Source of the DNA: Candidatus Acidifodinimicrobium mancum
GTDB taxonomy: Archaea; Nanobdellota; Nanobdellia; Parvarchaeales; Parvarchaeaceae
Assembly (NCBI GenBank): GCA_015121965.1
Contig: JADFAP010000017.1
Coordinates: 5,047 to 37,225, forward strand
Direction of reading: 5' to 3'
Length of the DNA stretch: 32,179 nucleotides
Shown here piece after piece: positions 8,282 to 15,806 of this stretch. The notes beneath the pieces are model-generated. The model was not told the origin of the DNA and ran no database searches. It worked only from the letters and a program-made list of their open reading frames with translations. The position numbers were made by a program, and so were the translations under genes. Each line of letters opens with the position of its first letter. Positions within the stretch are counted from its first letter, which is position 1.

Positions 8282-11200
8282 ATGACCTATATAAAAGAGA
8301 TAGAGCTGAACAACTTCAAGTCTTTCTCGGGCTCAAATAAGTTCACCTTCACTAAGACTATAAACGCGATAGTCGGGGCAAATGGTTCTGGGAAGAGCAA
8401 CATAATAGACGCGATAATGTTTGTGCTTGGAGAATCCTCAAAGAAGGAAATGAGAAGCGAGATGCTCTCGGACCTGGTGTTCAACGGCGGAAAGAAGCAG
8501 AAGCCTGCCGAGACAGCGTACGTTAAGCTTACCCTGGACAACTCAGATGGCAGCTTCAAAAGCACGGAAGAAAGGGAAGTTGCGTTGATGAGGAAGGTTG
8601 ACAAGAGCGGAAAGAGCGCATTCAGAGTCAATGGGAGAGCCTCGACAAGGGAAGAGATACTCAATCTTCTGGCGGAGGTTAAACTTGATAAGAACAACTT
8701 CAACATAGTTCCGCAGGGAGAGATACTGGAGATAACCTCTCTTCAGCCCGAGGAGAAGCTTGAGATAATAAAGAGCCTCTCTGGGATAAGCGTGTTTGAG
8801 GAGAAAAAGGAGAAAAGCATAGACGAGATGAAGAAGGTTGATGAAAACATAAACAAGATAGAAATGATGCAGAAGGAAAGACAGCGATTCATGGACCAGC
8901 TGAACGAAGAGAAGAAAAGAGCCGATGAGTTCAAGGAGCTTAAAGAGCAGCAGAGGACTCTGAAGGTCAAATCACTGCTTCTGAGGAAACAAAGCATCGA
9001 CAAGGATTTAGCATCATTACAAGCAGAGTATGACGTAATAAAAGGCAAATCTGGCGGTCTTGAGAGGGAGATAGAGGAGTTAGCCAAGAAGAAGAGCGAC
9101 ATCAACAGAGAGATAGAAGATATAAACCTAAAGGCGGGCGAAGAAGGAGAGAAGGAAATCTCAGAGGCAGAGGAAAATTACAGGTCGTTGGAGGGCGAAG
9201 TTGGTAGACTAAGAATTCTCAGCAATACTGATGCGGAGCAATTAAACCAAATAGCAAGCACAATAAAGAACCTTGAATCCTCGAAGGAGGATATAGAAAA
9301 ACAGATAGAAGCAGAGAACGGAATGATAGGGAGGGATACGAAAACATTGAGGTCCCTAGAGGAGAAGAGGGTTGAGCTTGATAAGATCTCATCCAAGGCA
9401 GAGAATTATCATGCGAAGGTAGAGGACCTGGAGAAGGAGCTCGGAAAGATAAACAAGGAGCTCTATGACTATAAGCTAGCGCTGTCAAATTACCCCAAGC
9501 TTCTGGAAAAACAGGAGAAAATAGCAACCCTCAGTGAGTCAAAGGCAAGCCTAACGGCAGAAAAGAATTCATCTACAATAAAATTTTCAGAGCTTAAGTC
9601 AGAGGTGGAAAGGCTTAGGTCTGAGCTTTCCCAGCATGAGAGGTCGATAAAGAACATAGAGCAGAGCCTGATCTCAAAGAGATCAAGCATGTTTGAGTAC
9701 AGCAGGGCGGTAGAGGTTTCCAGCAAGCTCAGTGCTTCTCTTCCGGGAGTATACGGCACTCTATCGCAGCTCTTTAGGGTTAAGGATATCAGTCATTCCG
9801 AGGCCATATTCAATGCAATTGGCAGGAGAGCCGACTTCATCGTAGTAGACACGGAGGACACGGCTTCCAAGGCGATAGAAGTGCTTAAGAGCAACAGGCT
9901 TGGCTCATTCTCCTTCATACCATTGAATAAAATTATATACTTCCCTGTCAGCGGCAGGCCTGGCGAAACGGGAGTCATAGATTATTTGATAAACCTTGTG
10001 GAGTACGATCAGAAGTTCGAAGGTGCAGTTAGGTTTGCGCTTTCAGACACAGTGCTGTTCGACTCATTCCAGAATGCAAAGAAGGTGATAGGCAAGTACA
10101 GGATGGTCACGCTAGACGGCACTGTATTTGAGAAGAATGGCGTGATATCTGGTGGATCTTCTAACAGGTCCGACACATTGGCATTGAACAGAAGCATTTC
10201 GGAATTGACAAGGGATCTGGAAAAGCAAAACGCAGAGAAGAATGAGCTTTCAGAGAAGCTGTCAAAGAAAGATGGTGAGCTGAATTTCCTGCTGTCAAGG
10301 ATAAACTATTCGGAGCAGAAGCTGAAGGAGGTCGAGAGGGAACTTAATGAAGCCCAGTCTAGCGTCAAGACCCTGTCAGGTTCAGAAGGAGACATAAGCA
10401 AGAAAATCTCAGAGTTAGAAGAAAGTAGGGCAAAGCTGATAGAGTCTCTGAGGATGTTCGAAACTCCAGCAGCGGATCAGAAGAACTATAAGGCTGAGAT
10501 AGACATACTAGACAAGGAGATAAAGGAGCTGGAGATCAAGATTGCCAATTCATCTAATAAGATAGAAAATATCTTGAAGTTTGAGCTCAACAATACCGCG
10601 AGAAGGCTGCAGGAATTAGCGAAAGAGAGGTCAAAGTTCGAGTCTGAGGTTTCTCAACTAAAAGGAAAGCTGGGCAGCCTGGAAAAAGACCTAGAGGCAT
10701 CTAAGGCGGAGGTTGAATCAAAATCGAAGACCCTGATCAGCCTCAGGAGAAGAAGGGAGGAACTGATGTCCGACCTGACTAAGATCGACAAGCAAATAGA
10801 CGGCCTTAGCCAGGATAACCAGAAGTTTGTGAATCAACTTAATGAGCTAAACCTGAAGAAAGCGGGGATAACTGCGAAATTGGAGACACTTGAAGAGGAG
10901 ATGAAAGCGTACGACTTAAGTGGAATAAGCTTAGAGGAGAAAGATGATCTACAGAATGTACAGAGCAGACTGAACAGCATGACAAGGAAGGTCGATAATT
11001 TTGGGCCTATAAATGAACTAGCGGTATCCAAGTACGATGAAGCGCTGGCTAAGTTTAATGAGAATAAGGCTCAATTGGACATATTGAACGGCGAAAAGCA
11101 GAAGCTTCTTGATGTGATAAGAGACATTGACCAAAAGAAGTTGCAAGCACTGATGGACACCCTCTCAGTTCTTAATGACATATTCGATAAAACCTTCAAC

Positions 11201-11614
11201 TTTGTGACTGGAGGCCATGCTAGCCTTATACCGGAGAATTCGGAGGATGTATTTGGAACTGGGCTGGATGTGAGAGTCGATCTTCCTAATAAGAAAGTGC
11301 ATTCTATAGTCGGGTTAAGCGGCGGAGAGCAGTCTATTGTCGCGATATGCCTGCTTTTAGCTATGTCAAAATTGACCGGTTCTCAATTCTATGTATTGGA
11401 TGAGGTAGATGCAGCCCTTGACTCGGTGAATGCCTCCAAATTCTCTTCCTTGCTCAAGAATTTCTCGGAGGGGGCGCAATTCATAATAATCTCACACAAT
11501 GACACGACCATATTGAATGTAGATAAGGCCTACGGGGTCTACATGGATGATTCAGGAATAAGTAGAGCAGTAAGCATAGATATAAATGAGACTATAAAAC
11601 AGAAAGCTCAGTAG
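8282..11614 (+). CDS. smc: Chromosome segregation ATPase SMC
   Basis: 1110 aa with Walker A GANGSGKSN, long coiled coils and a central hinge (GVYGTLSQLF...ADFIVVDTEDTASKAIEVLKSNRLGSFSFIPLNKI). The C-terminus has the signature LSGGEQS and Walker B YVLDEVDAALD. Confidence 0.9.
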   Translation: MTYIKEIELNNFKSFSGSNKFTFTKTINAIVGANGSGKSNIIDAIMFVLGESSKKEMRSEMLSDLVFNGGKKQKPAETAYVKLTLDNSDGSFKSTEEREVALMRKVDKSGKSAFRVNGRASTREEILNLLAEVKLDKNNFNIVPQGEILEITSLQPEEKLEIIKSLSGISVFEEKKEKSIDEMKKVDENINKIEMMQKERQRFMDQLNEEKKRADEFKELKEQQRTLKVKSLLLRKQSIDKDLASLQAEYDVIKGKSGGLEREIEELAKKKSDINREIEDINLKAGEEGEKEISEAEENYRSLEGEVGRLRILSNTDAEQLNQIASTIKNLESSKEDIEKQIEAENGMIGRDTKTLRSLEEKRVELDKISSKAENYHAKVEDLEKELGKINKELYDYKLALSNYPKLLEKQEKIATLSESKASLTAEKNSSTIKFSELKSEVERLRSELSQHERSIKNIEQSLISKRSSMFEYSRAVEVSSKLSASLPGVYGTLSQLFRVKDISHSEAIFNAIGRRADFIVVDTEDTASKAIEVLKSNRLGSFSFIPLNKIIYFPVSGRPGETGVIDYLINLVEYDQKFEGAVRFALSDTVLFDSFQNAKKVIGKYRMVTLDGTVFEKNGVISGGSSNRSDTLALNRSISELTRDLEKQNAEKNELSEKLSKKDGELNFLLSRINYSEQKLKEVERELNEAQSSVKTLSGSEGDISKKISELEESRAKLIESLRMFETPAADQKNYKAEIDILDKEIKELEIKIANSSNKIENILKFELNNTARRLQELAKERSKFESEVSQLKGKLGSLEKDLEASKAEVESKSKTLISLRRRREELMSDLTKIDKQIDGLSQDNQKFVNQLNELNLKKAGITAKLETLEEEMKAYDLSGISLEEKDDLQNVQSRLNSMTRKVDNFGPINELAVSKYDEALAKFNENKAQLDILNGEKQKLLDVIRDIDQKKLQALMDTLSVLNDIFDKTFNFVTGGHASLIPENSEDVFGTGLDVRVDLPNKKVHSIVGLSGGEQSIVAICLLLAMSKLTGSQFYVLDEVDAALDSVNASKFSSLLKNFSEGAQFIIISHNDTTILNVDKAYGVYMDDSGISRAVSIDINETIKQKAQ

Positions 11615-12405
11615 TTGTCTCTGATAAATTTAACGAGCGTGGAGAGTTCCTTTAAGTTCAGCTGCTTGATCGTCTTCCTTGAGATGCCTTCTATGTCGCT
11701 TATCCTCTCCAGCAGGTAGTCCTTGCTGTTTCTCTTTGTCTTGGAGTTCATCTCACTATCCGCTTCAAGTATTGCATTTTTGACAAGCGAGTCAGATCTA
11801 TCAAGAACCTTCTGCACTATATCAGTTCTTCTCCTCCCGACCCACACCATCTTGCTCGTTATCCTAGGCGGCGGATAGAACTTGTCTTTTTCCACTTCAC
11901 ATATCACCTTAAAGTCCATGAATTGCTTCAGAGAGAAAGAAAGCACGGTTTCGTTCACTCCTTCAGTCAGGCTATTGGCCAAAGTGTTCGGCAGTATCAT
12001 CACTCCGTTAACGAACTCATACCTTGATATCTTCAGGAGTATCCTGTCCACTATGTTGTAAGGCGGATTCGACACGATCTTGGTAAATCTAGGGAGAATC
12101 ATGTCGGTAATGTCGTTGTTGATCAACACTACATTCTTATTCAGCTCGAAAGTGCTTACAAGGTAAGAGTATAACCTGAAATCCTTCTCTATGGCTACAA
12201 CACTGCATAGCTTGGCCGCCCTCTCAGTTATGTACCCGAATCCAGCGCCGATATCCAGCACTACATCTTTTTTGTTTAAGTCAGCCGATTCTATCTCCTT
12301 GTTCAGAAGGTTTTCATCGATTAAGAAATTCTGCCCTTCTTTATCCAGGTTTTCAAGCTCAAAATCCCTCACTAGCTTAATTGTCGTATCCAAAAGCACA
12401 TTCAT
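11608..12405 (-). CDS. rsmA: 16S rRNA (adenine1518/1519-N6)-dimethyltransferase KsgA/Dim1
   Basis: 265 aa with SAM motif VLDIGAGFGYIT and catalytic SNPPYNI. Its 3' end overlaps the convergent smc 3' end by 7 nt. Confidence 0.9.
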   Translation of the reverse strand: MNVLLDTTIKLVRDFELENLDKEGQNFLIDENLLNKEIESADLNKKDVVLDIGAGFGYITERAAKLCSVVAIEKDFRLYSYLVSTFELNKNVVLINNDITDMILPRFTKIVSNPPYNIVDRILLKISRYEFVNGVMILPNTLANSLTEGVNETVLSFSLKQFMDFKVICEVEKDKFYPPPRITSKMVWVGRRRTDIVQKVLDRSDSLVKNAILEADSEMNSKTKRNSKDYLLERISDIEGISRKTIKQLNLKELSTLVKFIRDNY

Positions 12406-12698
12406 ACTTTGCTCTTTACTTTGCTAGGCACTTTAAACTTTTCGATTAGATATTCCGTACCGCATTTGCTGCACTTTATGGGTATGTACTCCTTGTTTTT
12501 CCCGTTTTCTTTCTTCTTCATGGTAGTCAGATCAGAATTAAAGTTGTTATTAAATCCGCATGAGGGGCAGGCAAATCTGAATGTATAAGACTTAGATGAT
12601 TTAAGCTTGTATATGAATACCCTGCTACTCTCGCCATTGTAGTTTATTGTCGATTTTTTGAAGTAGTCGCAATCCTCTAACTTCGGCAGGTCTTCCAT
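12402..12698 (-). CDS. Small zinc-ribbon protein of unknown function
   Basis: 98 aa with two CxxC pairs (CPSCG ... CSKCG) and a Lys-rich tail. Its stop overlaps the ksgA start by 4 nt. GTTTATAAAT lies about 25-34 nt upstream of the ATG on the coding strand. Confidence 0.5.
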   Translation of the reverse strand: MEDLPKLEDCDYFKKSTINYNGESSRVFIYKLKSSKSYTFRFACPSCGFNNNFNSDLTTMKKKENGKNKEYIPIKCSKCGTEYLIEKFKVPSKVKSKV

Positions 12699-12817
12699 AC
12701 TCTAATAATGGAAATTTGATTTATAAACTTATTTTAGATCCTTTGATAGGACATTACTGTCTGATTATTGTTAGAACTGTACCCATAAATTACCTTATTT
12801 GGAGGCTTTAGAAAGGG

Positions 12818-12831
12818 TTAAATATAAAAAA
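12818..12831 (+). promoter_or_regulatory. TATA-like box for the PRC-barrel gene
   Basis: TTAAATATAAAAAA is centred about 23 nt upstream of the ATG at 12847. It lies inside the TTG-initiated ORF-track extension. Confidence 0.45.
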
Positions 12832-12846
12832 TTCTACTTAAATGCC

Positions 12847-13128
12847 ATGGAAACCAAGAGTGCAGAAGGTAAGAATGAGAGGGTTGATGCTAGGGCAATA
12901 GTTGGCAAGCCGGTCGTTGGCAAGAGCGGAAAGAAGCTAGGTATAGTGGCTGATTTGATATACGAGGTTAGAACTGGAGAGCTGGTTTATCTAACTTTAA
13001 AGTCGCCCACAAGCTATGCTTCATCGTTCCAGCTTGAGAAGGACGAATCTGGCAACTACGAAGTCCCTTACAATTCAGTCATCTCAGTCAGTGACTTTGT
13101 GATCGTTTCTGAAGAGGACATAGTTTAG
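12847..13128 (+). CDS. PRC-barrel domain protein
   Basis: GKPVVGKSGKKLGIVADLIYEVRTGELVYLTL is a typical PRC-barrel core. The ORF-track start at 12799 is a TTG and contains a TATA-like box, so I prefer the in-frame ATG at 12847. Confidence 0.65.
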   Translation: METKSAEGKNERVDARAIVGKPVVGKSGKKLGIVADLIYEVRTGELVYLTLKSPTSYASSFQLEKDESGNYEVPYNSVISVSDFVIVSEEDIV

Positions 13129-13146
13129 TCCGCTCTGTTTAAAATT

Positions 13147-13365
13147 ATGGGAAGAATAAGAGGCAAGACAACAAGGCAGTATACGCTAGAAGTGCTTAAG
13201 CTAAGGAGATTTCTTTTCACTGATAACTTTGAAACAAATAAGGAGATGATCAAGGAACTCTTTCCAGAGAGCAAAATCGTCAGGAACAAGGTGGCCGGCT
13301 TTATAACTAACTTGGCCAAGCAAAAGAAGCTCGAATCATTTATAATAGAACATTCAGCTAAGTAG
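13147..13365 (+). CDS. rps17e: 30S ribosomal protein S17e
   Basis: 72 aa: MGRIRGKTTRQ...FTDNFETNKEMIKEL...KIVRNKVAGFITNL matches the archaeal eS17 pattern as I remember it. Confidence 0.8.
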   Translation: MGRIRGKTTRQYTLEVLKLRRFLFTDNFETNKEMIKELFPESKIVRNKVAGFITNLAKQKKLESFIIEHSAK

Positions 13366-14281
13366 ATTTGAATTTTTTCCTGTTCAGCACGAGCTTTATG
13401 CCTTTCTCATAAGATGCTATGCCTATAACTACCACCACAAATATCACAATGAAGAATCCTATGCCTAGATTATGGAGGTTATGTACCTCCAAAGGTGTTA
13501 GGATCGCAAAGTTGTTTATCTGCGGGAACAGTATGACCAACACCCCTGCTACCAGAAAGGCTAATCCCCCGTAAACAAGCACGTGGGATGACATGTATCT
13601 CGCCAGGAATTGAAGCCCTTCCTTTGTAACCTTTTTCACTTTCGTTATCCAAGTACCAAAAACCGCACCAAACGCGAATTGCATCGTCATAGTCCCTAAA
13701 CCGAACAGCAGGCCTGGTAGGAACGCGACGTACGCATTTGGCATTGCCGGGACGAAGATGAAGTAGATTATCATCGCGAATGCACCGAATCCAAAGCCAG
13801 CTATCAATCCGTGCACAAGTGCCATCTTGCTTGATACGTCTCTGCTGTAGAAATCTATGTCTTTGTGTCTCTCACTCTTTGGCACGAACGCTCTATTTAT
13901 CAGCCTGTCTATCTCTAAATGCGGCCAGTAGTTGCCGGTTATTACGTAGTTGCCAGCTATGAACATTACAAAACCGACAAGGATGTAAACAGCGCCAAAG
14001 AATATGGCTGATGAAAACACCGATTTTATCTGCGGAAATCCGAACATTATCAGCAGGAATATTACTTCAGACATCAATGCTCTCTGGATCGTGAAGCCAA
14101 GGGAAAATATCGCACCCCTCTCCGCACCTTTGGTTGCACCGTAACTCCCGATTGCATAAGAAAAAGTTATCGGCCAGGTGTGTTCATCAGGCGTTATTCC
14201 GTGGACGATTCCGAGCAGATAAGATATCAATAATGAAACGCCCAGGCCTTCAAATACTGGATTGAACAGATTTATGTCCAT
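13358..14281 (-). CDS. Polytopic integral membrane protein, possible metal-ion transporter
   Basis: 307 aa with at least 7 hydrophobic segments. The first predicted helix carries HGITPDEHTWP (His/Asp/His cluster), reminiscent of Ni/Co-type permease signatures. The family assignment is not secure. Confidence 0.5.
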   Translation of the reverse strand: MDINLFNPVFEGLGVSLLISYLLGIVHGITPDEHTWPITFSYAIGSYGATKGAERGAIFSLGFTIQRALMSEVIFLLIMFGFPQIKSVFSSAIFFGAVYILVGFVMFIAGNYVITGNYWPHLEIDRLINRAFVPKSERHKDIDFYSRDVSSKMALVHGLIAGFGFGAFAMIIYFIFVPAMPNAYVAFLPGLLFGLGTMTMQFAFGAVFGTWITKVKKVTKEGLQFLARYMSSHVLVYGGLAFLVAGVLVILFPQINNFAILTPLEVHNLHNLGIGFFIVIFVVVVIGIASYEKGIKLVLNRKKFKST

Positions 14282-14314
14282 GATACCTAACTAGGATACT
14301 AATTATTCACCTAC

Positions 14315-14333
14315 CTTTCAGATAAACTGAAAG
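14315..14333. other. Hairpin CTTTCAG-ATAAA-CTGAAAG followed by CCTTTTT
   Basis: Read directly: a 7-bp stem and 5-nt loop followed by a T-run on the plus strand. It is located between the membrane-protein start and the tRNA-Thr promoter. Confidence 0.4.
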
Positions 14334-14370
14334 CCTTTTTAACTTTAAAAGCTTAATCTTTTTTTGTTTT

Positions 14371-14442
14371 GCCTCGGTGGCTCAGTGGTAGAGCGTTTCC
14401 TTGGTAAGGAAAAGGCCGCGAGTTCGATCCTCGCCCGAGGCT
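14371..14442 (+). tRNA. tRNA-Thr (anticodon GGU)
   Basis: GCCTCGGTGGCTCAGTGGTAGAGCGTTTCCTTGGTAAGGAAAAGGCCGCGAGTTCGATCCTCGCCCGAGGCT is a clean 72-nt cloverleaf with anticodon loop TTGGTAA. AACTTTAAAAGC lies about 20-30 nt upstream as a TATA-like box. Confidence 0.9.
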
Positions 14443-14474
14443 GAATTTATCAGTAGAGATAAATATAATAGGTT

Positions 14475-14508
14475 AAAAAAAGAAGATTAAAATTTTCAGC
14501 CTGAAAAT
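14475..14508 (-). terminator. Hairpin plus T-run at the 3' end of the NYN gene
   Basis: The 17-bp palindrome ATTTTCAG-C-CTGAAAAT (14492-14508) spans the NYN stop codon. On the minus strand it is followed by TTTTAATCTTCTTTTTTT, including a T7 run. Confidence 0.4.
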
Positions 14509-15086
14509 GTCGATGCCTTTAATAATTGCTCGGTTAATAAAACTTTGGAGTCACAGACATTTGCAAGATAATAAGAGAGTGAAAAGCGCGTTTTATTTTT
14601 ATTATCAGTATAATAATAAAGTATAACTCTAGTTCCTTCTTCCTTTGCGGCTTTTATTACAGGTACAAAGTCGGTATCGCAGGTTAATAATATCGCTGTT
14701 TTAATGCCATATTTTTCCTTAAGTTTCAATAAATCAATTGTAAATAGAGTGTCAACACCCTTTTCTGTGAATTTTTCTTCCGGCTTTCCATTATTAAATA
14801 TTTTTAGTTTCTGTAAACGCCCCTCTCTTACAGTTATATTCATTTTTTGAAGCCGGTCTTTAAATTTATCATATTTTGCCTTCCTGCTTGATTCATCTGC
14901 TGTTGGCTTTGAACTTTGGAATGGCGGGCAGGTATAGAAAAATATTTCTTTACACCATAAATTGTTTTCCTTAGCCATATTTACGGCCAAATCGTTAATA
15001 TTTATCCGTTTGTCTCCGTTTAAACCTAATTCTTTAGAAATTAAATCTAAATAATGAGCTTCTATAAGGATAGCGGCGTACTCCAT
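14496..15086 (-). CDS. LabA-like NYN-domain protein (predicted RNase fold)
   Basis: EKGVDTLFTIDLL and ILLTCDTDFVPVIKAAKEEGTRVILYYY match the LabA/DUF88 NYN motifs. I prefer the ATG at 15086 (MEYAAILIEAHYLD...) because the ORF-track start at 15125 is a GTG. The first acidic motif reads IEAH rather than the usual ID. Confidence 0.65.
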   Translation of the reverse strand: MEYAAILIEAHYLDLISKELGLNGDKRININDLAVNMAKENNLWCKEIFFYTCPPFQSSKPTADESSRKAKYDKFKDRLQKMNITVREGRLQKLKIFNNGKPEEKFTEKGVDTLFTIDLLKLKEKYGIKTAILLTCDTDFVPVIKAAKEEGTRVILYYYTDNKNKTRFSLSYYLANVCDSKVLLTEQLLKASTFSG

Positions 15087-15349
15087 AATAAAAAAAAAAT
15101 TACACTGGCGACCCCGTAGGATCACCAGGGATCATAATTGATTATGGTAATGGACCTTTATAAAGTTAACTCAACCCGTTTTTGATTGGAAATCTCAAGT
15201 TTTATTCTTTTGAACAGAAATCTAAGTGGTTGACTTTCACAGAATGCGCTTAATCGATTACTGCTTTAAGTTTATAGGATTCATTGGCGTTTTTGCACAT
15301 TGAGCTCTACTGTTTAACTATATTGGCTAAAGTATAGAATTGAAAAGTG

Positions 15350-15754
15350 CTATAACTCATGTGTATAAAATACATGCCTCGGCTCTTCCTCAAGCATACT
15401 ACTGATCTCCTCTATGTGCGTTATACCCGCATTCTCAAGTTCAGAGCTGTAAAATTTGTTTACGTTTATACCCTCTGAGTAGATAACAGAGCATAGATAC
15501 TCAGTCTTTCGCTTTCCTGTTCGGTCGAAATCATATAGGAATATAGCACCATTGTAATTTGTTATATCTCCTATTATCTTATCCGCGTTTTTATACGCAC
15601 CTAGAATTATCTTGTCCTCTTTTATCCCAAACTTTATAAGTGCGTTTTTATCTCTTTTTCCCTCGACTATGATTGCATAATTATTTTCCTCAGAGAAACG
15701 CTCAATTTCGGATAATATCCTAGTTAAGCTTTTCGATTTCCATTTCTTAACCAT
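15350..15754 (-). CDS. Small Toprim-domain protein (COG1658 / RNase M5-like class)
   Basis: 134 aa with IIVEGKRDKNAL (Toprim Glu) and LYDFDRTGKRK (DxD), at the size of the archaeal small primase-like proteins. Confidence 0.7.
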   Translation of the reverse strand: MVKKWKSKSLTRILSEIERFSEENNYAIIVEGKRDKNALIKFGIKEDKIILGAYKNADKIIGDITNYNGAIFLYDFDRTGKRKTEYLCSVIYSEGINVNKFYSSELENAGITHIEEISSMLEEEPRHVFYTHEL

Positions 15755-15806
15755 CCAATCCCCAATATTTGGATCTTGTTTATCATTTAAAACATTCGTT
15801 TTGGTA

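Noticed and set aside
8282-11614. The SMC gene as a possible Wadjet/Lamassu-type defence ATPase.
   Set aside because: It has a full-length canonical SMC layout (Walker A, hinge with the GVYG-type block, LSGGEQS, Walker B). No JetA/B/D-like or LmuA-like partner genes are present, and its G+C matches the neighbouring housekeeping genes. It is best read as the chromosomal condensin.
13125-13319. 64-aa minus-strand ORF overlapping the S17e gene, and a 62-aa ORF at 30133-30321 overlapping the DUF1059 gene.
   Set aside because: The opposite-strand genes have recognisable family patterns and these ORFs do not.
15103-15125. On the minus strand, GATCCTACGGGGTCGCCA looks like a tRNA 3' end with encoded CCA. 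It could be an att-type remnant next to the NYN gene.
   Set aside because: There is no complementary T-stem or acceptor 5' half, and it does not match the 3' end of any of the four tRNAs in the window. Its orientation is also wrong for a direct repeat of tRNA-Thr. Only a genome-wide tRNA comparison could revive the idea.
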